46,154 nt of DNA, from the NCBI GenBank assembly GCA_030167865.1, contig JALAGF010003248.1, positions 1 to 46,154 on the forward strand, written 5' to 3'. The translations under genes and the position numbers were made by a program. Source of the stretch: Craspedostauros australis (Eukaryota). The first letter of the stretch is position 1, and every line of letters begins with the position of its first letter. Shown here piece after piece: positions 1 to 11,100 of the stretch. The notes under the pieces are model-generated. The model did no database searches. It was not told where the DNA came from and saw nothing but the letters and a program-made list of their open reading frames with translations.

Positions 1-411
1 GTGGGACACATGCTGCTTCCACATGGCTGAATTTGTTGATGTTGTGCTCAGCCAGTTTGAAGCTCACCTTTGCGATCATTGGAAGCAGTTGGGCAAGAAA
101 GAGTTGCACCCCATGGTGGAATTGGCCTCATTGGAACATGATAGATGCATACACCCAAGAGAAGCAATGAATTCTTGTGGAGGCTTGGTGCTCAACATGT
201 CCACTGCAAGTATGCTCCTCCAACAAGACANNNNNNNNNNNNNNNNNNNNNNNNNNACACCATCAGAGTTGCAGCAAACCTGACCAGTATATATGTGCAA
301 TTTGGAAAACGCAAATTCAAAGAACACATCTACCAGGAAGTGCAGCAAATTAAGCTTATTTTCTATCTTGAAACCAAGCACGGCAACCCTCAATTGAGTA
401 GAGCATATTGA
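1..411 (+). pseudogene. Decayed copy of a diatom-type hypothetical protein family (…LEHDR…HP…LLxxD…TPSELxxTRPxY…F…HIYQEV…), probably TE-associated
   Basis: Joining frames gives ASLEHDRCIHPREAMNSCGGLVLNMSTASMLLQQD-[N gap 231-256]-TPSELQQT*PVYM/QFGKRKFKEHIYQEVQQIKLIFYLETK. There is an in-frame TGA at 281-283 and a frameshift near 295. Only 4 CpG occur in 1-520. The family is recognised from memory. Confidence 0.5.
231..256. other. Assembly gap (26 N)
   Basis: Run of n in the sequence. Confidence 0.99.
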
Positions 412-660
412 ACTTGAGCAGAGTGTCTCAGAATGGAGTACAAAACATTAAGAGCCAGCATCACTCTTCACAGCTGTTGCTATCTACTTTCCACATACTA
501 ATCGCATCAACCAAAAATACTTGCCGGAGGCATTCCTCCACACTCAACCCAGACACTCGCAATGTTGCTCCCATTTGATCCATCGCACGTCGCCGCGCCG
601 ACCTTCAGTCCTGGTTTGGGTACACTGTCCGTTAAAAGTGTCCGCTAAGTTCGTTAATTT

Positions 661-820
661 TGTCCGGTCTATCCATTCTGTCCGGCCGTTTTGTCCGGTC
701 TGTCCGGTCGTTTTGTCCGGCCTGTCCGGTCTGTCCGGTTTGTCCGGTCGTTTTGTCCGGTCTGTCTGTTTTGTCCGGTCATTTTGTCCGGTCTGACCTA
801 GTTTCTCCGGTTTTGTCCGG
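661..820 (+). repeat. Array of about 12 TGTCCGG motifs with short variable spacers; possible subterminal repeat of a DNA transposon
   Basis: TGTCCGG at 661, 679, 692, 701, 714, 723, 732, 741, 754, 772, 785 and 814, plus degenerate copies. Confidence 0.9.
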
Positions 821-1617
821 TCTCTCTTGTTGAGACTGAACCAACTACAATGGAAGTGAAATAGCGTAACCCTAAGTATGCGTTGTGGGATTTCGGCTGA
901 TTCACTTTTCTGTCTCAGCGCCGTGTATTGAGTCCCGTTATAGTAAGTCACGAGCTAGAAAAATGAAAATCGGACAAAATGTTGGGTGTTCCTGGTGGCC
1001 ACAACGGCTCCAAGACACAAAAGAGAAAGGTCTGTCGGAAACCACCAACTGCGACACATTCCGTGCGACTCGAAGATACCTTTTCGGCATCGAGGTTGAT
1101 GTGTTCCTTCTTTTTGTAGCCAAAAGCGAACAATTTGCGAAGGCGATGGTGGCCCACAACGCTGCCAACAAGGCACTGAGCGCAAAAGACCGACGCAAGC
1201 CGCCAAACGACGATGGTGCTCCACCATCTTGCGTCACGAACCCCATCAACCACTCCGCTGGGGAGTGATCCTCCCCACTCCCCATTGTCCGCAGAACATT
1301 CAAATGATGCGCAGTTTGATGATGTGCTTCGCAATTGCAAAATGCGATTACGTGATGGTTGGGATCGCATCGGACTCCCACGTCACAGCCTGCTCCGGAC
1401 GCCTTGTTCCACTTGAACGGGCAGATGGCGCGAAGACGGTGTGGTTGACAAAAGGATGAGAGGGGTTGTGCGAATACTGATAATTCTTCGCCATCAGCTG
1501 CTGCCTCATCTGTTCTTCTGTACACCGGGAGCCCCATGTCGCTCTTCGGTGATGGACCATTCCTCGATGCTGCTGTTGCCGTCTGTTGGCTGAAATACGA
1601 ATTCAATTGTACGTATG

Positions 1618-1648
1618 CGTGTGTGTGTGCGTGTGTGTGTGCGTGTGT
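1618..1648. repeat. Imperfect (GT)n/(GCGT) microsatellite
   Basis: gcgtgtgtgtgtgcgtgtgtgtgtgcgtgtg. Confidence 0.85.
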
Positions 1649-2204
1649 TTCATTCACGCAATCGCACATCCACGTTCATCGGCACGATTGTGGCATCCTC
1701 TTCACATCATCCCAAAGGGAGGGCGGCGAAGCCGGCATTTTGAACGATTGGGAACGCGGGGGTGAGCGGCCCTTGGTTGTGATGCTGGCGATCCCGTGTT
1801 CCGGATACGAATCGCAAACCCTTCGGGGCCATCACCTTGACCTTGTTGCACCAACCGACGCACAAGCAGGAGGAGGCCATCACGCGATCAGCCAAGCAAT
1901 CAAGCAATCAAGCAACCAAACTATTATAGAATACCAACCAACTGACCACTCAACCCAACAAACCAAACGCATAGAAAACCAAAAGGCGAAAAGAGACAGC
2001 AAGACAACGAGAAAACGAGACGACGAGGCAACGAGAGGCACAGGCAACATCAAAGACAGCTTCAATCAAGCGTTCTCCAGAGTACATCACAGCATACGAC
2101 GAGCATTGCTCGGGAGGAACTTGGAGACGCATCCGAAAGAACGAGACAAGGCAAGCCAAACACCCAACTCGTGCCATCGATACCTGGATCGACACAAGCA
2201 GGAA

Positions 2205-2936
2205 ATGGTACAGATCACAATGAGAGACCTATGCGTAAGCAGAATGGGCTCGCGTAGGAGCAAGGTGGCGATGAACAACCACATTCCAACAAGGCAGTAT
2301 GCGATGAGAAGGCATCAGCGATCAAGAATGCACCATCTCGCCAGGCACAGACGGAACGCTTTTCGGCGTTGGAAGATCGCCGATGGCAGTTCGATCACAA
2401 GGTTCCATTGCGACGAAGCCCTTCCGTTCCCCGCCATTGTCTGGAGCGATGATGCTGAATCAGATTGCGCGGACGACCTCCTGTCCTTCCACAGACTGGA
2501 CCGGCAACTGCGTCCCCCGACTCAGCCTCAGCTCGGGCCCGTGCTTCAACAGCAGCAGACGGCAGCGTGCGATCACATACGGGTGCACACGCAATGCAAT
2601 CAGACGAAGAGCAAAAGACCGAACACGCTACCCACTACAAGAGCAAAGGCCAAGCTGGTATGCAGAAATGCAACAAAACCAAGACTCTGTCCCGAAGGGG
2701 AGACACTTCCACCTCGGGATGATTTCTTCATTGCATGGAGACAGTTCCCAGAGGAAACTGTCGCACGTTTCGAGAACTACCACGACTTGGAGCACCCACA
2801 ATCTCATCAACATCACCAACATGATCATGATCGAAGCCACTGGGGTCGTGGCATGGTCCGATCGCTGGCTGCATTCCGAGGACTGCATTCGCTGGATGCG
2901 TCTTGCTGGGACCGACCATGCATCACGCAAACGTAG
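2205..2936 (+). CDS. Hypothetical protein, about 243 aa (diatom-type FPxIxW … GMVRS…LxSL motifs)
   Basis: ATG at 2205 follows a CAA-rich 5'UTR-like stretch. The product contains PFPAIVWSDD and GMVRSLAAFRGLHSLD, resembling motifs in diatom hypothetical proteins. The upstream part of ORF 1536..2936 looks non-coding. Confidence 0.55.
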   Translation: MVQITMRDLCVSRMGSRRSKVAMNNHIPTRQYAMRRHQRSRMHHLARHRRNAFRRWKIADGSSITRFHCDEALPFPAIVWSDDAESDCADDLLSFHRLDRQLRPPTQPQLGPVLQQQQTAACDHIRVHTQCNQTKSKRPNTLPTTRAKAKLVCRNATKPRLCPEGETLPPRDDFFIAWRQFPEETVARFENYHDLEHPQSHQHHQHDHDRSHWGRGMVRSLAAFRGLHSLDASCWDRPCITQT

Positions 2937-3379
2937 AGTAGTCACATCAAGAAAAATCTCAACTGCACATACTCCAAGACATCACGCCAAAAGCGGACAC
3001 ATCAGATGCCTCGTGCATGCTACAATATCATTTTCCTACGCAGCATTTTCCAGTGGTCAGCGCCTTTCATTAGTATTGTACGCAGGAGTGGGTGCACACC
3101 ATCAGTTTGCACAGCGGCTACAACCTCAAGAGAATAGAATCACAATGATAGTAGATTACCAATTGACATGAATCTTTGTAGCGAGTCGTGTGCGTGTGCT
3201 ATGTGGCAAATGTGCTCGTACTAGCATGGTCGGGGGTCGAGAAGGATGTATGCGTATTAACATCGCATTGTCTGCAGTGTACAGTGTGGTACTGTATCTT
3301 TTGTTCATAGACGAACTCCAGTTTGCAAGCATGTAGCGGAGTGCATACTTCCCTGAAGAGGCTTGGTGCTTCAGCTCCG

Positions 3380-4780
3380 TCAGGTCTGCCTTCTTTGCCA
3401 CTCTATCAACTCAGCTCCTTCAATGTCCTTCCAAAATGCATGCGCGCAGCTCACGCCATCCCATTGGTAGACAATTCCGCCCTTGTTCCACACATCCGCA
3501 AATGGCCCACCCACCGCGTCATTCAAACGCTGGTGCGCACGCAGTTCCGCTTCATCCAGCACGCTTTCCAACACCTCCTCCTGGCTCGTTGCGCTCGTAC
3601 TTCCTTCATCGACCTGAAATCTATTGGCCAAATCCACCGCGATCTTCAGCTGCTGCCGATCCTTGATGCCGAGAATGGTACATGGGATGGATGGATTGGA
3701 CATGGCGAAGAGGATCGCCAGGGAGGCGATGTCCACATTGGCTTCTTCGCAAATCTGCGCGGCTCGCTTGCAGGCATGCTTCAATTCCGTATCCGCCGGA
3801 TGCCACTCGGGTGGGTCGCTGTGCGTCAGCAGCCCCATGGACAACGGCGCTGCCGCAAGAACTCGGATGGTGCGGTCGCTCGCGGCAGTTGCTGTATTGC
3901 GCGGTTTCTGACAGTATTCAAAGAAGGACATCGCCGGTTGCGATGCCTCCATTCCGGAAATGAATCGATGTGCAAGCAAAGACCGATCGTGCAGGTTGAG
4001 ATGACCGTAGGTTAACGACTGATCCCACACGGTCGCAGGATCGAAACTGCCGCCGTCAGCGAGATCATCCTGCGATGCACCCCAGTCATATTCCAACGTC
4101 TTTTGAAGAATCTGATGCTGAACCTCCAAAGGATAGCCCGTCATGCCAAGCGCTTTGCACCACCCTTGCCTCTTGCAATGCAACATCGCCGGGATGGTCT
4201 CCTCGAAGAGCTGCTCCAACGATGGCGCGAACTCGGGATCGTGCAGCTGCAACACATCCACGTAGTCTACCTGCATGCGCTGCAACGAAGTTTGGCAGCT
4301 CTGGATGGTCTTGGCGTAGGAAAAGTCGAACTGCTTCTGCGGGTCGGCTTCATACCGCCCCACCTTGGTGTTGATGGCGAGATCGGATCGTTGGATATCC
4401 GAGTGGCGTGCCAGCAGCTCCTTGATGCCCCAACCGAGGACCACTTCCGATGTCCCGTGGCCGTACCACGGTGCCGTGTCCAGGAGAGTGATCCCATTCT
4501 GGGAGACTGCCATCACGATGGTTTCAATCCATTCCTGCACGACGGGGTGATCGCGGTCGAGGCGGTCCCTTGACCATCTGTCGAAAGCGTCGCCAGGAGC
4601 ATCTTCAGTCTCGTTGCTCTGCGCCGCTGCATCATGCTGCTCTTGATCCTGCTGGGACCAAAAGAAGGTGGAGAAGGAGGAGCATCCCAATCCAAGGATC
4701 GGCACTGTGGGAGGCAGAGCAGGATTTGAGTCCGCGTGCTTGCCGTGCCTGGCGCCGAAGGGACGCCTTGGGACCTTCAT
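3380..4780 (-). CDS. Aldo-keto reductase, L-galactose dehydrogenase / D-arabinose dehydrogenase-like
   Basis: LGLGC, LLDTAPWYGHGTSEVVLG, INTKVGRY, FDFS, DYVDVLQLHDPEF, GMTGYPL and AAPLSMGLLT are present, so the AKR Asp-Tyr-Lys-His tetrad is intact. First ATG (MKVPRRPFG) is at 4780. Confidence 0.9.
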   Translation of the reverse strand: MKVPRRPFGARHGKHADSNPALPPTVPILGLGCSSFSTFFWSQQDQEQHDAAAQSNETEDAPGDAFDRWSRDRLDRDHPVVQEWIETIVMAVSQNGITLLDTAPWYGHGTSEVVLGWGIKELLARHSDIQRSDLAINTKVGRYEADPQKQFDFSYAKTIQSCQTSLQRMQVDYVDVLQLHDPEFAPSLEQLFEETIPAMLHCKRQGWCKALGMTGYPLEVQHQILQKTLEYDWGASQDDLADGGSFDPATVWDQSLTYGHLNLHDRSLLAHRFISGMEASQPAMSFFEYCQKPRNTATAASDRTIRVLAAAPLSMGLLTHSDPPEWHPADTELKHACKRAAQICEEANVDIASLAILFAMSNPSIPCTILGIKDRQQLKIAVDLANRFQVDEGSTSATSQEEVLESVLDEAELRAHQRLNDAVGGPFADVWNKGGIVYQWDGVSCAHAFWKDIEGAELIEWQRRQT

Positions 4781-5358
4781 CGTTGCGAGCACGGATGCTG
4801 GAGTTCAGAAGGGAGTAGCAATATATGGGATTGCAGGGGAGAAGAGGGTGTAATGCAGCTCGCCGTCGTACGCTTCACTGTGTAGAGCATTGGTACGCGT
4901 CGTATGCTGATTGCACTCTCGTATTTGTAGTAGTATCTTGGTGTGGAGTGATTGAACTGGTGCCGCAGGTCGTTGGGCGAGATCGTCGATGGCCAGAAAT
5001 GCAACACAAAAGATACCATCAACACAAAGCACAAAGTCGTTGATATGAAATTGGACTAGTCCGACCACTATTGGTGATTCATGAGAGACACCTATCAACT
5101 CATCTGTCTGGAGAGAGTGATGGCTCGGATGCACCACCGATACAGGAGCTGAACATATCATGGCAAATTGCCATCCAATTGATTTGAGTACTTCATTGTC
5201 ATGCAATGGGAGAGAGCTGAACTGGTGTACTGATTCCAACATGTTATACCATAGTCGTAGTGGTGTACCCAAAACACTGCGATTACGAGCGACAAGTGCA
5301 TGTTGCAACGCAGCAATGGCATGTCCGCATTCGCATCTCAAGGCGACGCAATGCGCGT

Positions 5359-6633
5359 TCACAGCTCCTTCCGAAAGAAGAGGAGCGGCACGCCTTCCAC
5401 GTCGTGTATTTTGGACATCGTCGATGCCGATCCGACATCCAGCATCCACGAGAATTGCGAATTCGCGCCGTCTGCATTTTTTAGGGCGACGTATCCCATG
5501 CCCTCGTACAGTCCCTGCGACACGCGCCCGCTGACCATGTCCGCATCGGCATGCAAGTAAATGCAGGTGCACTCGTTGTCAATAGTTGCGGCTTCCCTCC
5601 ACGATCTGGCAATGCCTTCCAAGGCGTACATGAGTATCTTGGAGTAGCCCTTGCCACGTTCTTCCGTGTCGACGAGGACGTTGGTGACCCATCCTTGCAG
5701 CGCTGGCAGGTTGTTGGCGACGCAGTACAGCTCCTTGACCCTGCGAGGCACTGGTATGGGCGGCGGATTTTCGTTGGCTTCCACCGGCTGTAAGCTGAGC
5801 TCAGCGAAAGCCACGATGCGTTCGGCGGGCTTGCCTTTCGGTTTTGGCCGGACTGTCCTCGACGATATCTTGGCCTTCGCTGGAACCGTCTCCTTGTTGT
5901 TGCTCTTGCTCTCCCCCTTCTCACAATCTGCATCATCGTCTTGTTCCACCTCTTCCCGAACCGTGAGGACCATCAATGCTGGATCGCTGAGAAGGCCGTT
6001 GTTGGAACGAGGATCATGGTGATACGCTCGATGTTGATTCGCAGACATCTTGGCTCGTATCGAGGTGGTGAGAAGGAAGTTGAAGCTGGTTTGCTCCCAC
6101 CACTGGGCGATTGTCTGGATGGCCGAGGTCGATGCAGAATAATCTGTCCCGAACTCCTCGACGCACATGGGCAGGATCTGCGAGAGGTCATCGGGCGTCA
6201 TGCACCGGATCGTTGCGACGAGGTCCGGCACGGCAGGGTCGCTCGACTCCAGCGGGAATTGGAACGGGAATGTCACGCCTGCCGTGAGATCATCGACGAC
6301 CCATTTGGGAGGCTTGCTGGGCCGTCTGCTTTGCGCGGCGGCCCTTTGTCCGGAACGGAAGAACAGGTTGCAGGAGATGTCCCGGCGTTGTTGAGAGCCC
6401 TCGTGATTGCGGATGAATGGCATGGCAGCACGAGAGTGTGATATCCTTGATGTCGATAATGACGACGATGGCCATGACGATGACGTCGGTGACGACCGTA
6501 TCGGTGGCCCAAGCCGCAGGCTCGTCGCCGTCTGCAGAAGCATCCCGACGACGTTCGCAGCCACGAATGCTCGTGCATGCATCCTCCTGCCGATGAAACC
6601 TCCGCTGAACCGGCGCCGCGGTTGTTCATTCAT
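5359..6633 (-). CDS. GNAT-family N-acetyltransferase, probably organelle-targeted
   Basis: VAFAELSLQP, WVTNVLVDTEERGKGYSKILM (acetyl-CoA motif A), IYLHAD and GLYEGMGY. The N-terminus has a hydrophobic segment then a Ser/Arg-rich transit-like region. Confidence 0.85.
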   Translation of the reverse strand: MNEQPRRRFSGGFIGRRMHARAFVAANVVGMLLQTATSLRLGPPIRSSPTSSSWPSSSLSTSRISHSRAAMPFIRNHEGSQQRRDISCNLFFRSGQRAAAQSRRPSKPPKWVVDDLTAGVTFPFQFPLESSDPAVPDLVATIRCMTPDDLSQILPMCVEEFGTDYSASTSAIQTIAQWWEQTSFNFLLTTSIRAKMSANQHRAYHHDPRSNNGLLSDPALMVLTVREEVEQDDDADCEKGESKSNNKETVPAKAKISSRTVRPKPKGKPAERIVAFAELSLQPVEANENPPPIPVPRRVKELYCVANNLPALQGWVTNVLVDTEERGKGYSKILMYALEGIARSWREAATIDNECTCIYLHADADMVSGRVSQGLYEGMGYVALKNADGANSQFSWMLDVGSASTMSKIHDVEGVPLLFFRKEL

Positions 6634-7437
6634 CCTCCTCTTGCCTTCGTTGGTGATTTGCGCCGCTTAGCCGTTCTCTGGAGAGTGCCTGGTTCCGCTG
6701 GGAGTACCCTGGTGGTTTGCAATGGGATGAGCGTTGGGGTGAGAGTGAGCACCCGCAAGCAGATGGTGTCTCTTGGTGTTGGATGGAATAGATCGTAGAT
6801 GATGGCAACAAGCATGTACTTGTACGTACAAATCCCACTGTACCTTGCGTATCCACGGTGTTGCGATCAACGTCATGATTTGGTCCATTTTCGTGTTCCT
6901 CTTTTGATCGACCCACGTTTGCATCTCATTCCCGCATTACTTCAATATCACTCTAGTTTCATGAGTGGAGTCTACAGCGTAGGAGAGCAAAATCATCACT
7001 CGTGACTGGAGGCTATTGTGAGGAGCTCGTGAATAATACTGGATTCCGTGTCGCATTCCACACTGGCACTGCGCACAAAAAGACGGCAAATCGCCACGCC
7101 CAAGCCTGACCAGTTATTCCATTTAACAGATTGGTCACCATCCTGCATAAGTACGCCGAACTACAGAAACGCCGCTTGTCCGTTGAACATAGAAGGCATA
7201 ATTGTTTTTCAGCCGTTGTCTGTTGACGGACGTCTGACAGACATCGTTTCGGTCATCATGTTCAGCTGATATTCCTTACGGACGAAGGACAAACGGGGGA
7301 ACAGAACACGCCCCCAAACACGGCACAAGTCGCCAACATGGAACACCGCATGTATCCGCGCAGTACTGCACGGATCCAAAATGCCAAAGACATCTCGACA
7401 GGGCATTGGAAGTACAGAAATAGCGCTTATTTAGGCT

Positions 7438-7457
7438 TGTGTGTGTGTGTGTGTGTG
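7438..7457. repeat. (TG)n microsatellite
   Basis: Run of tg dinucleotides. Confidence 0.9.
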
Positions 7458-8191
7458 AATCGCGAGCAATGCACATGAAAAACCTGCCTCCGTGGCGGTG
7501 GCAGCAACATCACGAGAACAGAGCCAAGAAGAACCACGGCGCAGCGGCAACAACAGCAACGAGAACAAGCAGCGACAAGCAAGGAGGAAGTCTCTGGCGC
7601 TGCAGTGAACAAAGCGGCACCCACCACGCACACCCACCACCCACACCAGGATCACACGCCGACTCCACCATCGTCGAAGCAAAGCGATTGACAGATCGCG
7701 ACCACGGCACCAATCATCAAGACGAGGCACTCTGGTCTTGCTTCGCAGCCCATCCCACTCAATCATCCTCCATTGAATACCATCGCATACCATCGCATAC
7801 CATCGCATTGCATAGCTCAACGAGCAAGAGAGGCGGAGAGGTCCAGGTGATCCCTAAATTCGCATCACTTCGCTCCGCTTCGGTGGGCGCCACCATCTGT
7901 CATCCGCAAGAGGCCGGTCATTGACAACCCAGATTGGAGTTTTTCGTGCCCTCGCTTCGAATCGCGCCTCATTCATCACAAAGACGCAGTTCGAAAAAGT
8001 GCTCCGTCTCAGCATCGGCCCACTCCATCCCTCGAGGCTTGGTTTGCACTCAGTCAGGCACCTGCTCTTATATTATAATATATGTAACTATTATACGACA
8101 CTGCCATCCAGAAGCAGCAACAGTAGCAACAGCAGCAGCAACAGCAACTCCTAATTGCCAAATTGCCAACAGACGAACACACCAACACACC

Positions 8192-11100
8192 ATGGCGCTC
8201 CAACTAGACTACGTGAAGTCGGACGCCAAGCACTACGGCCCGTTCGTGTGCAAGATATGCAACATGCTGGCGAACTACGACGATGCCGTCGTCACCAACG
8301 CCTGCAACCACGTCTTCTGCTTCGCCTGCATGGAGCAATGGATCCAGCAGGAGTCCCAGGGCTCCTCCAACCCCTGCAAGTGCCCGTCCTGCACGGTGGA
8401 GATCGAGCTGGACGAGGAGGACGCGCAGGCCCAGAACGGCAACGTCATGATGGTCTCCAACCTCCCGATCCAGATCCAGAAGCTCTCCAAAGCCCAGCCG
8501 CTGGCCCACCAGGTGCTGGGGCAGGTCCAGGTCTCGTGCGCCAACGCGGAGCACGCAGACGCCGGCAACGGGCCCTGTTCCTGGACGGGAGACTACGCGC
8601 AGGCCAATGACCACGACCCCGTGTGGGATGCCGCCGCCAACGGAACGCCCGCACCAGCACCCCCCGGCGCCACCGCCTCCCTCCTCAATGGCATGCCACT
8701 CAATGCCGCGCCTCCTCCCGCCAAGCAGGGCGTGTCCTACGATGAGGCCAGACGATCGACGCATCGCGGAGAAATCACCGGCGCCCATCACCACCGCCTC
8801 ATCGCCAGCGCCAACAACAAGACCTTCGACCCTGCGGACCTCAGGAGGGCGTCGGAGCGCTGCGACAAGCTCAAGAAGCAGGCCAATGCCAAGTTCAACA
8901 GGGGCGACGTCGAGGGCGCGAGGGTGCTCTACAGCGAGGGATTGGCCCTCATCGCGCCATTCCCGATCGAGAACGACGAGGTCAAGAAGCTCACGGCATC
9001 GCTCTACTCCAACCGTGCCGTCACATTCTTCCGCGAGCGGATATTAGAGCCCAGTATCGAGGACTGCAACCGCTCCCTCGAGCTCGACCCCCTGCAGGAA
9101 AAGACCTACATCCGCAAGTGGCGTGCCTTGACTGCGCTCGGCGACATGGAGGAGGCTCTCAACTGCCTCGAGGAAGGTGCGCAGGCATTGCCCAAGAGCC
9201 GCAAGCTCGCGGAGGAATTCGCCAAGGCCAAGGACGCGCCGCCTCCGCCCGCTGCCAGCGTGGCGCCCTCCGTCATGGACATGAGCGTGGCGGTCAGCGT
9301 CGCCAGCAGATCGGTCTACAACTCCCATCCCTCCAAGGGCAACGAGCTCGATCGCGCCGAGAAGCTCAAGAAGCAGGCCAACGCCAAATTCAACAAGGGC
9401 GACATCGAATCCGCACGCGCCCTCTACACGGAGGCATTGAACTGCATACCGGGCATCAACCAGCTGCAGGGAAACAGCCTCCAGAACGTCCATCAGATGT
9501 TCTCCCCAGAGATCTGCGACCTCATGTCCATGCTCTACTCAAACCGCGCCGTCACCTTCTACCGTGACAAGCAGTACCGCGAATCCCTTGCCGATTGCGA
9601 GAAGGCCGTCAAGCTCGATCCCAAGTCAGAGAAATCATACATCCGCAAGAGCCGCGCTCTGGCCGGATTGGAGCTGCACGAGGAGGCCTGCAAGTGCCTC
9701 GAGGCCGCCATCAGGGTCCTGCCCAGATCCAAAAAGATACCTGACGAACTCGAAAAGGCGCAGGACAGGCTCGAGGAGGACATGCTGCGCGCCACAGGCG
9801 GCGCCGTCGCCAACGACGATCACATGTCCGTCGCCGGTTTCACCATGCAGGGCATCGACAACATCCGTCACAAGGACTACTCGGAGGATCTGGAGCTGGC
9901 CGACAAGCTCAAGCGCAACGCCAATGCCAAGTTCAACCGCGGAGACATCTCAGGTGCGCGTCTGCTCTACACCGAGGCCCTGGCCTGCCTCCCCAACGAC
10001 CACGACAATCCAGAGGTCCGTGCCTGCCTGGCCTCGCTCTACGCCAACCGCGCCGTCACCTTCTTCCGAGAGAAGGAGTTCGACCAGAGCGTCTGGGATT
10101 GCGACAAGGCCATCCAGCTCGATCCAAAGACCGAAAAGTCCTACATCCGCAAGGCCCGCGCCCTGGTCTCCGTGTCGCGTGCCGATGAGGCCGTCGAATG
10201 CCTCGAGGAGGGCATGAGAGTCGTCGAGAATCCAGGACGTCTAGAGGAGGAGCTCTCCAAGGCACGCGAGCAGCTGCGATTCGAAGGCAACGCCTTCGAC
10301 AACGGCCTGTCGGAGCAGCAACGCAACGACTTCATGGTCTCCTCCCAGAACCTGGGATACGAGAGCAACAACTACGACGAGCAATTCTTCGTGCCACCAT
10401 CCCGCACCGATCGCCGTGGTCTTGGGGCCGTGAACGAAGGACACAGTGAAGAGTACCCCATCGCCTTCGGCAGCGACGTCGATCTCGAACGCGCCGACAA
10501 GCTCAAGAAGCAGGCCAACGCCAAGCTCAACAAGGGCGACGTTGCGGGTGCGCGCATCCTGTACGGCGAGGGTTTGTCATGCCTGCCTGCGGACAGCGCA
10601 CAGTCGGGCGAAGGACGCGACTTGGCAGCGAGCCTCTACGCCAACCGCGCCGTCACCTTCTTCCGCGAGAAGAAATTCGTCGCCACCGTTTCGGACTGTG
10701 ACAAGTCGTTGGAATTGAATCCCAAGCACGAGAAGTCGTACATCCGAAAGTGGCGTGCTCTCATGGCGCTCGGCGACTTCGACGGAGCATTCATCTGCCT
10801 GCACACGGCCGCGCAGGAGCTACCAGATTCGCAGCGATTGAATGAAGAGCTCGAGAATGCGAAGGAGCAGAAGGAACTCCTCCGCAGCATGAACCAGCTC
10901 ATCGACAACGGCGACTACCACGAGGCCCGCGACACCCTGCGGCCGTTGGTCAAGACATCCGACAACGTCACCCTCTGGTTGGTGGCAGCCCGCGTGGATG
11001 CATGCCTCGGTATGACGGACTCCGCCTTGGAGCGCATCAACAAGGTCCTCATGTTCAACCCGCGCAACACGGAGGCGCAGCAGGTGAGGGGATACGCCAT

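Noticed and set aside
661..820. CRISPR-like or telomeric array
   Set aside because: The repeats are 7 bp with tiny spacers, there are no cas genes, the context is eukaryotic, and the unit is not TTAGGG-like.
544..951. 135-aa ORF with PDKPDRPD repeats
   Set aside because: It is a translation of the TGTCCGG DNA array, with no other coding evidence.
938..1669. 243-aa minus-strand ORF with a CxC…H (SWIM-like) pattern
   Set aside because: It starts in a microsatellite, the SWIM motif is incomplete, and there is no codon bias or recognisable family.
7439..8191. ORF 7439..7924 and the N-terminal extension of the 1309-aa ORF
   Set aside because: Non-ATG starts and microsatellite/CAA-rich composition typical of promoter and 5'UTR; coding bias begins at 8192.
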